Source: Octopus vulgaris (Eukaryota). From it: a DNA stretch of 64,000 nucleotides. Location: the NCBI GenBank assembly GCA_951406725.2, contig OX597829.1, positions 17,856,001-17,920,000 of the forward strand. Direction: 5' to 3'. Below, piece by piece: positions 29,006 through 42,126 of this stretch; position 1 is the first letter of the stretch, and every line of letters starts with the position of its first letter. The notes beneath the pieces are model-generated. The model worked only from the letters and a program-made list of their open reading frames with translations, was not told where the DNA came from and did no database searches. The position numbers and the translations under genes were made by a program.

Positions 29006-29201
29006 CTTATACATGTAATTTGGACAAATTGCTATATGTCATTTAGTGTGTTCACGTGCTGAGTAAAGCACTAACACAGTGTCGGCTACCTAGTGTCATC
29101 TACAGCTGAGCTGTACTTCCGCTTCTTTCACATGTTCGATGAAAATTAACAACGTTTCTTCTTTCTATAGTTTTGTATTTTGTATGTGTAAGTACATCTC
29201 C

Positions 29202-29250
<49 letters not shown>

Positions 29251-29375
29251 AGATGTACTTGCATAGCGAGTGACTTGATCTGAGATCGCGTGCTGGAACG
29301 AAAACAATTGCAGCGTGGAGGGTGTTTATAAGAAACACACAAAACCGTTAGATTCACTTCAACATTTAAATTTAA

Positions 29376-29426
29376 TTTGTCAAAATATTTTCGTCGCTTT
29401 GAGACCGCGACCTGTTCACTGACAAA
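29376..29426 (-). ncRNA. Minimal type-I hammerhead fold, G3-C8 core variant
   Basis: Minus: UUUGUCA-GUGAACA-G-GUCGC GGUCUCAAA GCGAC-GAAA-AUA-UUU-UGACAAA; perfect 7-bp stem I, 5-bp stem II, palindromic AAUAUU stem III; host element ends in (TA)n at ~29248. Confidence 0.7.
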
Positions 29427-29465
29427 ACTTCGTGCTACATCTGAGAAAGTAACAGTTAGTTCATG

Positions 29466-29497
<32 letters not shown>

Positions 29498-29798
29498 GTA
29501 TGTAAGTGTGTGTGTGTGTATATGTATGTATGTGTGTATGTGTGTGTGTATGTATGTATGTATGTATGTATGTATGTATGTGTGTGTGTATGTATGTATG
29601 TATGTATGTACTTACGTATGTATGTGAGTATTTAGGAGAGTGTGTAGACGTGTCTATGTGTGTGTACATGTGTATGTACATGTGAACGTATGTTTGTGTA
29701 ATGATATGTGTCAGTTCAAGTTGTATACATGACTGTTACCTTGTTGAATGTTGTATATATACACACATATACATTTATGCAGACACACACACACACAC

Positions 29799-29837
<39 letters not shown>

Positions 29838-30007
29838 ACTCTCACCATCTCACCACCGTCTAACGGTGAATGGATACAACGTCTTAGATACATATATGCA
29901 CATATAACCTTATATATATATATATACAAGTACACACAATCATATAGACACTTACACATACACACATAGACGCGCATCCATCTCTATATACATAAATACA
30001 TATACAC

Positions 30008-30068
<61 letters not shown>

Positions 30069-30083
30069 CACAAATACATATAC

Positions 30084-30143
<60 letters not shown>

Positions 30144-30462
30144 ACTCTTTTCAAGGACAACGGTTAAAATTCAAACTTTATTTTATTCTATTTATCCTTT
30201 TTTTATTTTTTTATTTTTACATGCGTACATATATAATACATATATATATTTACACCTACTCATATGTGCGTGCATATGTATATATATATAAGTTCAGCAA
30301 AATTTAGATTCAAATGAATATGGTACTTATGTTAGATGCACCAGAATTTTGTATGGTGTTATCCATAAAAATCCATGGGGTGATTATAATCAAATTAAGC
30401 AACAGGAATAACTTCGGTAATTTGGTACGATATTACCGAAGTTATTCTTGTTGCTTATTTTG

Positions 30463-30509
<47 letters not shown>

Positions 30510-30537
30510 TCAAAATAAGCAACAAGAATGACTCCGG

Positions 30538-30630
30538 TAATTTGGTACGATCGTTTCGTACTACATCATTTTATTAAATGTTGTAAGTATTACAACAGAT
30601 TTAAGATGCTGAGTACTCATCAGCCAATTA
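30538..30630 (-). ncRNA. Type-I hammerhead ribozyme with canonical core and long stem II
   Basis: Minus: UAAUUGG-CUGAUGA-GUACU...AGUAC-GAAA-CGAUC-GUA-CCAAAUUA; all core nucleotides present; palindromic ACGAUCGU stem III. Confidence 0.85.
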
Positions 30631-30770
30631 TAGAGGTTTTCCATTAATACAAAAGTTTTTAAATCAAGTGGTAACATTATAGAGAAGGTAGATATACAGA
30701 CAAAGATGTAGATTTAAATTTTAAGAACATATGAGGTAGTGAAGTCTTTCCGCTGACTGGAAAACCTCTA

Positions 30771-30863
30771 TAATTGGCTGATGAGTACTCAGCATCTTAA
30801 ATCCGTTGTAATACTTACAACATCTAATAAAATGATGTAGTACGAAACGATCGAACCAAATTA
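30771..30863 (+). ncRNA. Inverted sister hammerhead with triplet changed from GUA to GAA
   Basis: UAAUUGG-CUGAUGA-GUACU...AGUAC-GAAA-CGAUC-GAA-CCAAAUUA. Confidence 0.7.
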
Positions 30864-31079
30864 CCGGAGTCATTCTTGTTGTGATCACCCCACAAATTTT
30901 TATGGATAACACCATACAAAATTCTGGTGCATCTAAATCAAGTACCATATTCATTCGAATCAATATAGCCAGCTGGAGGCGAAGTTTCCTGGGACTAGAT
31001 AACTAACTTTCGTACCAACCGGAACTGCCACATTATGTTGGCAAATAATCTTTAATACATATATATATATAAATATATA

Positions 31080-31347
31080 TCACGTGATCACATGACTGAC
31101 CAGACCATCAGATGTTACTACACATCGCTGGTCACAATGCGTACGCATTGTTTTAGCCTTCGAATGACGCCACCCCGCTGAGAGTAAGAGTGGTGAAGGA
31201 GTACAGCAGGGATCACCCCTCCGGAGCCTCGTGGAGCTTTTAGGTGTTTTCGTTCAATAAACACACACAACGCCCGGTCTGGGAATCGAAACCACGATCC
31301 TACGACCGCGATTCCGCTGCCATAACCACTGGGCCATTGCGCCTCCA
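31080..31347 (-). mobile_element. SINE family C head with a second tail type
   Basis: Head matches 20700-20836; tail (…GGTCTGGTCAGTCATGTGATCACGTG) shared with 37057-37150. Confidence 0.85.
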
Positions 31348-31356
31348 CATAAATAA

Positions 31357-31518
<162 letters not shown>

Positions 31519-31592
31519 CGCCTTGTTGATTCGCTAGCTTCTGCACGCATTTTTTTCTCTCCTTGTTTCTTTCTCTGTTTCTTTTCTGTGTA

Positions 31593-31630
31593 TCGTTCTG
31601 TTGAAGAGCGTGGGCTCGAAACGTAAAAGA
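31593..31630 (+). ncRNA. Hammerhead-like fold with non-canonical U6, in a TA-flanked element (31515-31728)
   Basis: UCGUU-CUGUUGA-A-GAGC GUGG GCUC-GAAA-C-GUA-AAAGA; sister at 37393-37430 (minus); tail homolog at 25917-25970. Confidence 0.55.
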
Positions 31631-31726
31631 CTTGTTTTATTTCTATTCCTGAGCGCCATACTAATACAATTGTTTGTTTGTATTCCACCTGCCTTCGTCT
31701 TTTGTTTATTTTCATAAAGCTTCCCG

Positions 31727-31778
<52 letters not shown>

Positions 31779-31930
31779 ATTTGAGGGAATATTATTCCTA
31801 ACTTACAGGGAAAAATTCAATTTAGAAATACTAAATCAAATTTCACAAAATATAATGTATATATAAAAATTAGAAAAAAAACACCTTTTATCAATTCAAA
31901 ATGAACAATTAAATTACACCATCTAGAAAA

Positions 31931-32226
31931 TCTTTATATATAAAAGTGAAGTTGTGTGTCTGTCTCCTACGATTTAGATTCCTAACTACTCCCACATTTT
32001 GCGGTGCAGTTTAACCAAAAGCGGGTATCTTATAGTCGTGATTCATATCGAGCCCTTCTGGGTATTAGCGCGCGTCTACGATGAGTCTACGATTAAAAAA
32101 AATTACCATCATTTTTTCCCATTTTTAATGTATTTTTTTGCTATTATATAAGGGAAGTAACTCTCTAAAAATGCTTATATAGTTATTTCCCTTACAAACC
32201 CGAGCAACGCCGGGCGATACTGCTAG
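31931..32226 (+). mobile_element. Non-autonomous Helitron
   Basis: 5' A|TC (TCTTTATATATAAA), subterminal hairpin CCCG-AGCAACGC-CGGG, 3' CTAG|T, no TSD. Confidence 0.85.
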
Positions 32227-32315
32227 TTACATATAATAGAAATATTAAAAATAAAATAACAATAATATACCGATGATTAAGTAAATTGCAAATAATAATA
32301 ATAACGTATATATTT

Positions 32316-32387
<72 letters not shown>

Positions 32388-33319
32388 CGACGGGCTTCTG
32401 TCAGTTTCTGTCTACCGAATCCACTCAGAATGCTTTGGAAGACTCGAAGCCATAATAGAAGATATCTTCCCAAGGTGACGCGAAGTGAGACTGAACCTGA
32501 AAAGGTAGTTGGGAGATAAATTGATATTATGCCCTAAGAGTTGCCTAATAATTATTTTATTACAATTACTGTAGTCCAGCTAATTGAATTACTACCCTTT
32601 GCATCCCATATATATATAACCTTTCCATTTCGAAATCTTCCGATATGTACTTTAAATGCACTTAGCCATTGTTGCTGCTACTACAGCCGTTTGCTGCTAC
32701 TATTTTTGATGTTACTGTTGTTATTGCTGTTGTTGTTGTTGTTGTTGTTGTTGTTTTGATGGTTTCTGTCGCTAACTACAGGTTACCGTTATTTCTACTG
32801 TTGTTGTACCAGTTTTTCACCTATTAGAACTAAAGCTCGCCAACGTGACTAGGGTGGACAGTAGGTACGTACGGCGGAATATCTATCTCTGTCAAGAATC
32901 AGTGCATTTTAGTGCCGTTGACATGTGTCATCCATATTAACACATCTCTTCCATAAACGTTGCACTGAGAAGTTCAACTTGTAATGAACTTATTGTTGCT
33001 GGTTGTTTTGCTACAACAAAAAAAATTCGCGCTTCTTTCACATGTTGGATGAAAACCAACAACATTTCATTTTTTTTTATTTTAGTTTTTTTTTGTTTTT
33101 CTCTATTTTCTGTTATATTTATTTATTTTATTATATTTTATTTTATTTTATTTTATTTCAGTTTTGAACCACTTTAGTAATAACGAATCTTGTTGCCGAT
33201 CGTTCTCCCGCTTTGTTTGTAAACTCTACTCAACCATACTTGTGAGACATTATACGCACAGGTCCATTTAAACTTGTTGCCGCCGCCGCTGCTGCTGCTT
33301 CTGCTGCTTCTGCTGCTGC

Positions 33320-33369
<50 letters not shown>

Positions 33370-33573
33370 AAAGTAGCGAGCGTGGCAGAATGGTTAGCAC
33401 ATCGGGCAAAAATGTTTAGCGAAATTTCGACTGTCTTTTACGTCTTGATTACAAATTCCGCCCAGGTTGACTTTACCTTCGGGGGTCAATAAAATAAGTA
33501 TAAATTGAACACTGAGGTTGGTTCAATAGACTTAACCCTTACACTAAAACCAGGCCTTGTATCTATAATAGAA
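33370..33573 (+). mobile_element. Old SINE B-type copy between (CTG)n and (TTC)n tracts
   Basis: GCGAGCGTGGCAGAATGGTTAGCAC...CAAATTCCGCCCAGGTTGACTTT...GGCCTTGTATCTATAATAGAAA. Confidence 0.75.
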
Positions 33574-33709
33574 ATCTTCTTCTTCTTCTTCTTCTTCTTC
33601 TTCTTCTTCTTCTTCTTCTTCTTCTTCTTCTTCTTCTTCTTCTTCTTCTTCTTCTTCTTTCTTCTTCTTCTTCTTCTTCTTCTTCTTCTTCTTCTTCTTC
33701 TTCATCTTC

Positions 33710-33741
<32 letters not shown>

Positions 33742-34344
33742 TGCCATCGTCGGCGTCGTTTTCTTCTCGCATATTTTAAAACTTTTGCTTGTAACTTGAG
33801 TGCGGGACTATAAAACGGATAATAAGCTTTCGCTAAACAGTTTTAGTTGTTCGTGAAATCGCAAGACTATGTCAAAGAGATTCAGGCATCATATATCGAC
33901 TCTTCTACTACTTTTTAACCCAGTGGCACATCCAAGCTGTCACAGCCGGTAGGAGAGAGCTACAGTAGCACTCGACCACTACTTATTGTCGGTTGAGCAA
34001 ACTGGAGCAACGTGAAATGAAGAGCCTTGCTTAAGGACAGAACGCGCCGCTCGCTCGAGGAACACACGACATTATAACAATGAGCCGAACATCCTGACCA
34101 CTTCCTCTCTAGAGAAAGTGATATATGCAAATATTGGTTTCAAATTTTGGCACAAACCCAGCAATTTCGGGTAAGGATGTAAGTCTCCTCATTGGCCTCA
34201 GTAATCAAATGATACTTATTTCAATCGACCCTAAAAAAGATTAAAGACAAAGTCGATCTCGACAAAATTTGAGCTCAGACAGATATTCCGCTAAGCATTT
34301 TTTTAAAATTCTACTATCGTTTTTAAATTCTGTTTCATAATCCT

Positions 34345-34988
34345 TTCACGACAAGAAGGCCATGTGGTGTGTATGGTGGGACCACTCTGGGATTATTCAC
34401 TGGGAAATCATCGCTCAAGATCATCGCTCAAAGTCAAGGCTCAAGAAATAAGATTTCTATGAATGGTAGGATGAAAACGATACAAAATATGAATGGCATA
34501 TTTCTGACAGAAAAAGAAAAACAGCATTGCGTTAGCAGTCACGTTTATCTGGCTCAATTCGACCGCTTGGAAGCTGCTATAAAAGACAAACGTCCCCATA
34601 AAAAAATGGCAACGGAAGACCACATGTTGAACGGCAAGTAATCCAAGCAATCAAAGACAAAATATGGGAGCTACTTGGACACCCACCATATTCTCCCACT
34701 GAAGTTCCTACAGACTATCACGTCGTTCGCTAAAAAATTGAAACGCGGGTAAAGTCTACAATGATTTGGACGACCCGCTGACGTCAAACCGTGAATTGTG
34801 TCCAAAGATAGTCACATTTTTGCGCGTGGAATTGTTCGTTTGCCAAGCAAATGGGAAGTAGTTGTTCAAGTAGATTGCTACTACGCTCCGGAATAATCAT
34901 TTAGACACATTTTAACCGTACTTTGATGCTTTATTTTCGAATGAATTTAGAATTTTAAAAGCGGTCGTTAATTACGTGCCAACCCAAT
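34345..34988 (+). mobile_element. Mariner (Tc1/mariner) 3' half, pseudogenised
   Basis: WWDHSGIIHW, YLAQFDRLEAAIKDKRP, HPPYSP...TDYH, GIVRLPSKWEVVV; right TIR TAATTACGTGCCAACCCAAT. Confidence 0.85.
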
Positions 34989-35828
34989 GTATAGATATAT
35001 ATACACACATTTACACAAATATGACTATATATATATGATACATATTCATATGTAAATAATATACATACATATATTTATTTACATGTATATATGTAAACAT
35101 ATATGTTCGTATATACGTTTATATAAATATATATGTACACATACGAACGCACACGCACACACACACACAGAGGCACACACATACACACACACGCATATAC
35201 ACACACACTCGCGCGCACACGAGTGTGTGTATTTATGTATATACATATTGAAAGGGAAAAGAAAATGTAGAGAAAGAGAAAGTATTGGATTTATAACCTT
35301 TGAAGTGGTAGCTTAGAGGGTTGGGTGAACATTGAGTGCACGCAAATTTGTTTGGTAAGCGTCTGCACCAGACAACAGGTAGAACTAAGTACGAAGTACT
35401 TGAATCTCAGACTAACATTCAGATATAAATGACATATTTGAAGCACTCGAACTGCTAGCGATAACTCGAAAAATTTTTCATTGCTCACTATTTAATCGAA
35501 TGTGTTTACCAAAACAAAAACAAAAAAAAAAGAGAAAAAAAAGAAGATAAGATGACAACTATTGAAATATACGCCACGAAACAATCGTTTGATTCGCACG
35601 GCAGAATTTAGGATTTAAACTATCGAATATAATTCAGTTTAAGTTAGATTATATTGAAGAGGGTTTAAGTGGTTTTCAAAAAAGTAATGGGTGAGACAGC
35701 TTTTAATTATGATAATATCTGGAAAAGTGATTTTTAAGAAAGTTTAGCAGCTGTTTTTTTGTTTTTTTTTTTGCATGATTTAATTACCGGAATTGAGGAC
35801 ACTCGTACACAAGCACACATACAGACAC

Positions 35829-35871
<43 letters not shown>

Positions 35872-35938
35872 TATAGATAAATAAATAGTTAGACAGACAG
35901 ACAGACAGGCAGACAGACAGACAGACAGACAGATAGAC

Positions 35939-35997
<59 letters not shown>

Positions 35998-36151
35998 GAC
36001 ATTCCTGACAAATATGTATGTCTATGTGTATTTGTACGCACGTACATACATACGTATATACCACAAATATACATACATACATATATATGTGCGTGTGTAT
36101 GTGTGTGTGTGTGTGTGTGTATGGCAAATGAAAAACGGAAAATGGAGTATA

Positions 36152-37048
36152 CGAGAACTTATTAATTGTCTGATCAATAGGTATCCAGACTATTGCCATA
36201 ATAACAAAGCTAAAGTTCACAGAGTAAATCCAATTGGCACAGATTGACTTTCAACTTTGGTGTGCATGCGCACTAAGTTTTAAGATTCTAGTTCACTTCG
36301 ATATATACAGCAGTGCTTGGAAGTAACGTGTGTAACGTGTGCTGATGGTATTGATCATGACAGAGGAAATGGAGTAGAGACTTTGCAGCAAATTTTGCCA
36401 AATGCTTGGCGATACCTACTCAGTAGCCTACAGAAAGTTTCCAACAAGTTTTCATCACTCTTGACACAATCAAGTAGCTCTTGTGCAACTGAAACCCGAC
36501 TGTCTTTTTGGTCAGCTGAAAGGAATTTTTCTACAAACTTGACAGATACGCGTCTCATGCCCAAATTTTCATTTATAATGAACTGAACTGAGCCATAACC
36601 AATCTACACATCCTCTGATAACTCACGAATGATGATTCGACGATTTCCCTTTCACAGCTGCGAAGTTTTTCTCAGTTCTGATGGTTGCAGGCCTCCCAGA
36701 ACGATCGTGAATATCGACATTTTTTCGGCCATCTTAGAAACGTCTGAATCACTGATACACTTGTGTGCGGTTCATACACTCCTTTCCATACACTTTCTGC
36801 AACTTTGCGTAGACCTCTGAGCAGGAATCGCCATGACAACTGTCTCTGTCATGATCAATGCGACGATCACACGCTACACACTTTCCTTCCAAGCACTGCT
36901 GTAAACAGGGGAAGTTAGCTAGAATGTTAAATCTTAGTGCGCCTGCGTAGCGGAGTTCATGGTCAACTTTTGCCAAGCGGCTTTATTCTGCGTGCTTTAG
37001 TTTTGTTACTATGGCAACAATCCGGATACTTATTGATTAGACTGCGTG
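36152..37048. mobile_element. Non-autonomous mariner made of two inverted 5' ends
   Basis: ~200-bp inverted arms (36168-36366 vs 36845-37042); minus strand encodes SEVYAKLQKVYGKECMNRTQVYQ..RSGRP..LGMRRVSVKFV; plus arm starts ATGACAGAG of the same N-terminus. Confidence 0.85.
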
Positions 37049-37056
37049 TATATTTA

Positions 37057-37308
37057 TCACGTGACTGACCAGACTAACAGATGTTGTTACACATTGTGGG
37101 TCCCAATGTGCATTGCATCATTTTAGCCTTCGAATATTGCTACCCCGCCGGTTAGGTGAGAAGGCCAACATCTCCACCCCTGATCTGAAAGTGAGGACTT
37201 GAACAACAAGAAATTAAGTGTTTTGCTCAGGAACACAGCGCGCCGCCCGGTCTGGGAATTGAACCCACCATTTAGGATCGGAGTGCAACAGCTTGGCCAC
37301 GAGCTTTC
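37057..37308 (-). mobile_element. Diverged SINE related to families C/D
   Basis: CCGCCCGGTCTGGGAATTGAACC head and tail shared with 31080-31180. Confidence 0.7.
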
Positions 37309-37392
37309 ATATATATATAGTTCAAATTCATGAAGAGAGGCGCAGGAACAACGAGCAGGTGCATTAGTTTAACACTTCGGAAAAATGGAAAA

Positions 37393-37430
37393 GTTTTTAA
37401 CGCTTCGAGTCTACGCTCTTCAACAAAAGA
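37393..37430 (-). ncRNA. Degenerate sister of the 31593 hammerhead-like fold
   Basis: Minus: UCUU-UUGUUGA-A-GAGC GUAG ACUC-GAAG-C-GUU-AAAAAC; element ends in (TA)n at ~37320. Confidence 0.45.
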
Positions 37431-37832
37431 AAATGGAGAGAGAATGAAAAAAAAAAAAAAAACGGAGAGATCGATTTGTTTGAAATTCAGTTTCAAAATA
37501 TTTATGTTCATATCTACAGGTTCAACGATGAAAGGAGAGGAATTCCTAGAAATCTAACACCGTAGGATGATTGGATTAAGGAGGGGAAAAAATGATAATT
37601 AGAAAATAAGCTGGAATGGAATTAACAGATTAAGCTCTATAAATGACGAGAATAGGGAAAACTTGTGAGTGACCGGAGAGGAAGTGTTAAAAGACTAATT
37701 ATTCCGGAAGAGCAGAGGATTCTGTAGTTGTGTAAAGAATAGCCAGAGGGATTGCGCAATTCGTCAGTGTGTTAGAGATTATAGGTTGCTGTTTAGTGAA
37801 ACTTTGCCAATCAGATTTTCTTGTGGATAAAA

Positions 37833-38196
37833 TCTCTCTATATATAAACGACAAAATGTCTGTCTGTGTGTGTATCCTTTATACAAATCCACAATTTTTC
37901 AGTTAGAGAGCTTGCACTTTCTATGGTCATTCAAAACCGTCCAAAGGTGGTCGTGCACATTTTTACATTTTCCTAGTTATTCCGCAAAGCCATTAAAAGA
38001 TCAATAGAAGTGACATTTTTATGAATTTTCTATCCAAAACCCAGTCAAAATGCCCGAAACTTGATACGCCAATTGAATGCCAGCTAGCTGTATGTGATTG
38101 GTCGGAGATTTGGACAGCACTCGCGTGTATGTGCGCACGCAGCTGTATATGCATGCACTAGCACTATGACCCGGCGTTGACGGGTCATAGTGCTAG
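37833..38196 (+). mobile_element. Non-autonomous Helitron
   Basis: 5' A|TC (TCTCTCTATATATAAA), 3' hairpin ACTAGCACTATGACCCG-GCGTTGA-CGGGTCATAGTGCTAGT, ends CTAG|T. Confidence 0.85.
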
Positions 38197-39444
38197 TCTA
38201 GAATATTTCTGTATATAAGTGAATCATTCTCCAATTTCAAATGAAGTTTTTATTTCATCATTGTAGAAACTTAGATTACATCGGAGGATCTTTTTTTTTT
38301 CTTTTTTTTTTTTGCCCTTTACTTTGCTGCTTTGTCGGGAAATATCTTGGGAATGTGAGACAGCATTTTTGTGAGTATGAGAGCTTTTGTCTCTTGTTAA
38401 ATAGAAGACTGTCTTCTTGAGGAGAACAATGACTTTTTATTTTTGTGTTGCTAAAGAATATTAGATTTTTGTGTCTTAATCAGGGAACGTTTTCGAGGTC
38501 TTCGTTTGGGGAGGAAGGGCAGGTTTCACAGACATTGATGAACTTATACTTGAAGGGATCAAATTTGTTGAAGGTTAAGAAATTGAGACGTATCATCAGT
38601 ACAGAAGCGAATAAGGTTAGTGGTGACAGCACGTGTGCTCTTAAGTACAAAAAGAAGTGAATTATTCAAATCCCAACCGTAATCCTATCACTTTCTCAAG
38701 CTCTAAAACTGATCTTGTCACCATTCTCGATGTGTCTCCAAAAGATAAGCTAATTATAAAACTAGAAATTGTATTTGTTACGTTAAACTGAAATTTAACT
38801 TAAGTATTACTTACACATAAATCTTAAATATGCATATGGCATAAAAACCTAGTTTAAACCTAACTTTTGACCTAACTCCTACTTTCAGTAAAACTAAGCT
38901 AATAATGCAATACTGTACCTAACCTTAATCTAAACTTAATGCTTGAGGTACCCTAATCCTATTTCTTACATCACAAACGAAGTTTGTCGCCATGTTAAAT
39001 ATGTCAATTTTTTACGTATGATTCAAAATTAGCCATGCAAGTCGTATTTCCATTCAATCATTACATTCAACATATGAATTTAGATATAACTTTCTTTTAT
39101 TCCTTTTAATAGTTTCAGTCATTGGGTTGCAGCTACACTAGGCCAAAGCTCTGGTGTGTTTAGTCGAACATGTCGACCCCAGAACTTATATTTTTTAATC
39201 AGGCACATATTTTATGTCTGTGAAAAGTTCTCCTTCGCATTACAGAGATAGTGCATTCCTAAATATCTTGTTCTGGCGTGGACGTCTGTATTACAAAGTT
39301 TATTTTCTCATGACTTCCCTGTTATAAATTTACAATGCTTTCAGTGTCGGTGTGTTTACGTCCCCCGTAATTAGCTGTTCGGGAAAAGAGGCTTGAAAAA
39401 AAAAAAGTAATGTGGTTGATTCATTTGATTAAAAAATTTTTCAA

Positions 39445-39640
39445 AAAACAACACAGCACCCATGATTTTCTGAATCATTTTTAGACGCCCATTATTGCTG
39501 AAGCATGGAATAAACTACCCGCATCAGTTGTTAGCTGTCGAGACACTACTTCAAAATCCATACTTCCTGAAATCCGCCAACAGTACATCTAAAGGCCTTT
39601 TTTGAATTTTTAGTTGTAGTGCACCTGAGCACTATATACA
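39445..39640 (+). mobile_element. CR1-like LINE 3' fragment
   Basis: KQHSTHDF...AEAWNKLPASVVSC; homologous to 46056-46200. Confidence 0.75.
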
Positions 39641-39982
39641 ACACTTTCCTTCATATGTACTTATATAATATATTTCTTCAATGCAAAAGACACATTTAAA
39701 TCGTAGTTAACGTTCTTGCATTTATTATAATAAGATTCGTAGAATTACATTAGATTCTTTCTTAAACACTTATTTTTTAAAGGACATATGTGGCTTTTTC
39801 TGAAATTACAAAGGCGTTTATTAGTTTCTCAGTAGCACTTATGGTTAAGTGAATTACCTCTACCTCTATTCACAGATAATGTTAAAACATTATCATTAGC
39901 ACTATTATAATCAATATTAATACTCGATGTTTAATCTTAGAGGTATTATTCATATTATGGTTGGAATTACTTTCGCCTAAAG

Positions 39983-40290
39983 CGATGGTTTTCAACCAGG
40001 GTCGATATAAGATTTTGTGGGGGTCCACACAACAAAAGAATCCCGGAAAATATTTTTTTCTTTAGAGCTATGTATTGATATGTATTACAAGAAACAATTA
40101 AGTTTTCAACTGAAATATTTTACATAGTTCAACCTACGCAAGTTAATATGTGACAAGCAAAATAAGAATCTTGAAAAAAGTTTCAATAGAACTAATTTTA
40201 AAACATAGAATGGCTGTGGGGGTCCACCAGAATAAAATAATATTTCAAAGGGGTCCATAATTTTTTTTCAAAAATGGTTAAGGACCCCTG
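39983..40290. mobile_element. hAT-type MITE
   Basis: Termini CGATGGTTTTCAACC / GGTTAAGGACCCCTG; repeated GGGGTCCA subterminal motifs; 8-bp flanks GCCTAAAG / ACCTCAAG (6 of 8 match). Confidence 0.7.
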
Positions 40291-40930
40291 ACCTCAAGTC
40301 TTAAATACAGGATGAGTTACTTCCACTAAACTTGACATTTAAATCATTATTTTATGTATACATAGAGTCGCGTTTGCTACTAATAATATTATTATTGTCA
40401 ATAAAATAAAATAAATCAGTAAAAACCAAATAGGTACAGTAGATATATAAAAATTAACCTAGTGATTTAAACTTGTTAAGAATAATAAGAAAATTTTTTA
40501 AGCGTTTACACGCTAATTAATGTCAAGAGAGATTGTAGGATTATAATAAATTATGATGTGATAAATTAAGTAGGGTGGATGATGAAGTCATTAAAAAGAT
40601 GTCCCAATGCTACAAGTAAAATAAAAAAGTTATTACGTTAAATACTACAAATGATAGATAAATCATCAGTCTCTGGTTAAAACATGGCTAAGCTGATGGC
40701 TCGTGTTGGTCGGCCACATGCCTCTATGTGACGGCGGATAAGGAAATAATTCACGAAGATGAGAACTGACTGGACACTGCTCGAAGGGTTTCCCCGGGAA
40801 GATAGGAACAGACACGGACAAATGGGGAGCGCATCAACGCGTTGCAACCTGACTTGACCTTCACTTCGAGATGCCTTGATCATTTATGGATTCCTTGTAA
40901 TCAAAACTAGATATATAGAAAAAGAGAAAT

Positions 40931-40983
<53 letters not shown>

Positions 40984-41156
40984 TACATATATATATATAT
41001 ACACACACACATTTATGCACACACAGATAGATAGATAGATAGATACATACATACATAATATATCTATATGCATACACACACACGCACGCACGCACGCACA
41101 CACACATATATATATACATACACACACACATACATATATACATACACACAAACATT

Positions 41157-41307
<151 letters not shown>

Positions 41308-41588
41308 GCATACAGACGTCCATACATACATGCTGGTTCAGGAATGTACACATATAACAGATACCCACAGAAATAAACACACAAGTGTGCGACTTTGTTC
41401 TGTGTGAATGGAATGTGTGTATGTGCGCGCGCTTGCGTGTGTGTCCGTGTTTCTGTGTTTGTGTGTGTCGCACTGAGAGTTTTAATGAAATAGACGAAAA
41501 GAAAGAGATGCGAAAGATGTGAGGCAGAGAGCGAAAGCAAAATGTCAGAGATGCGACGACGGAAGCGGGAATATCTATTTCGTAATGT

Positions 41589-41812
41589 TACTCTTTTACT
41601 CTTTTACTTGTTTCGGTCATGTGACTGCGGCCATGCTGGAGCACCGCCTTTAGTCGAGCAACTCGACCCCCAGGACTTATTCTTTGTAAGCCTAGTACTT
41701 ATTCTATCGGTCTCTTTTACCGAACCGCTAAGTTACGGAGACGTAAACACACCAGCATCGGTTGTCAAGCGATGTTGGGGGGACAAACACAGACACACAA
41801 ACACACACACAA

Positions 41813-41846
<34 letters not shown>

Positions 41847-42008
41847 GCCGGGCTTCTTTCAGTTTCCGTCTACCAAATCCACTCACAAGTCCTTGGTCGG
41901 CCCGAAGCTATAGCAGAAGACACTTGCCCAAGATGCCACGCAGTGGGACTGAACCCGGAACCATGTGGTTGGTAAGCAAGCTACTTACCACACAGCCATT
42001 CCAACGCC
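41589..42008 (-). mobile_element. SINE family A, full length
   Basis: Reverse complement colinear with 8250-8670. Confidence 0.9.
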
Positions 42009-42086
42009 TATTAGTGAATCCTTACCATTATATCATTCCTTTCTTCATACGTTATTTTTTCTTCTTGTCCCCTATTGTGTATCCCT

Positions 42087-42126
<40 letters not shown>

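Larger units (their letters stand above)
30290..31055. mobile_element. Head-to-head inverted Penelope-like pLTR structure with two hammerheads
   Basis: 30307-30384 inverts to 30884-30961; 30520-30643 inverts to 30758-30881; extra hairpin 30385-30468; TA tracts at the ends and inside. Confidence 0.75.

Noticed and set aside
37750-37775. CTGACGA followed by palindrome ATTGCGCAAT on the minus strand
   Set aside because: No GAAA box or stem I closure
40677-40885. GC-richer unique stretch with a 68-aa ORF, possible exon
   Set aside because: No recognisable domain or clear splice context; may be a decayed RTE-like fragment
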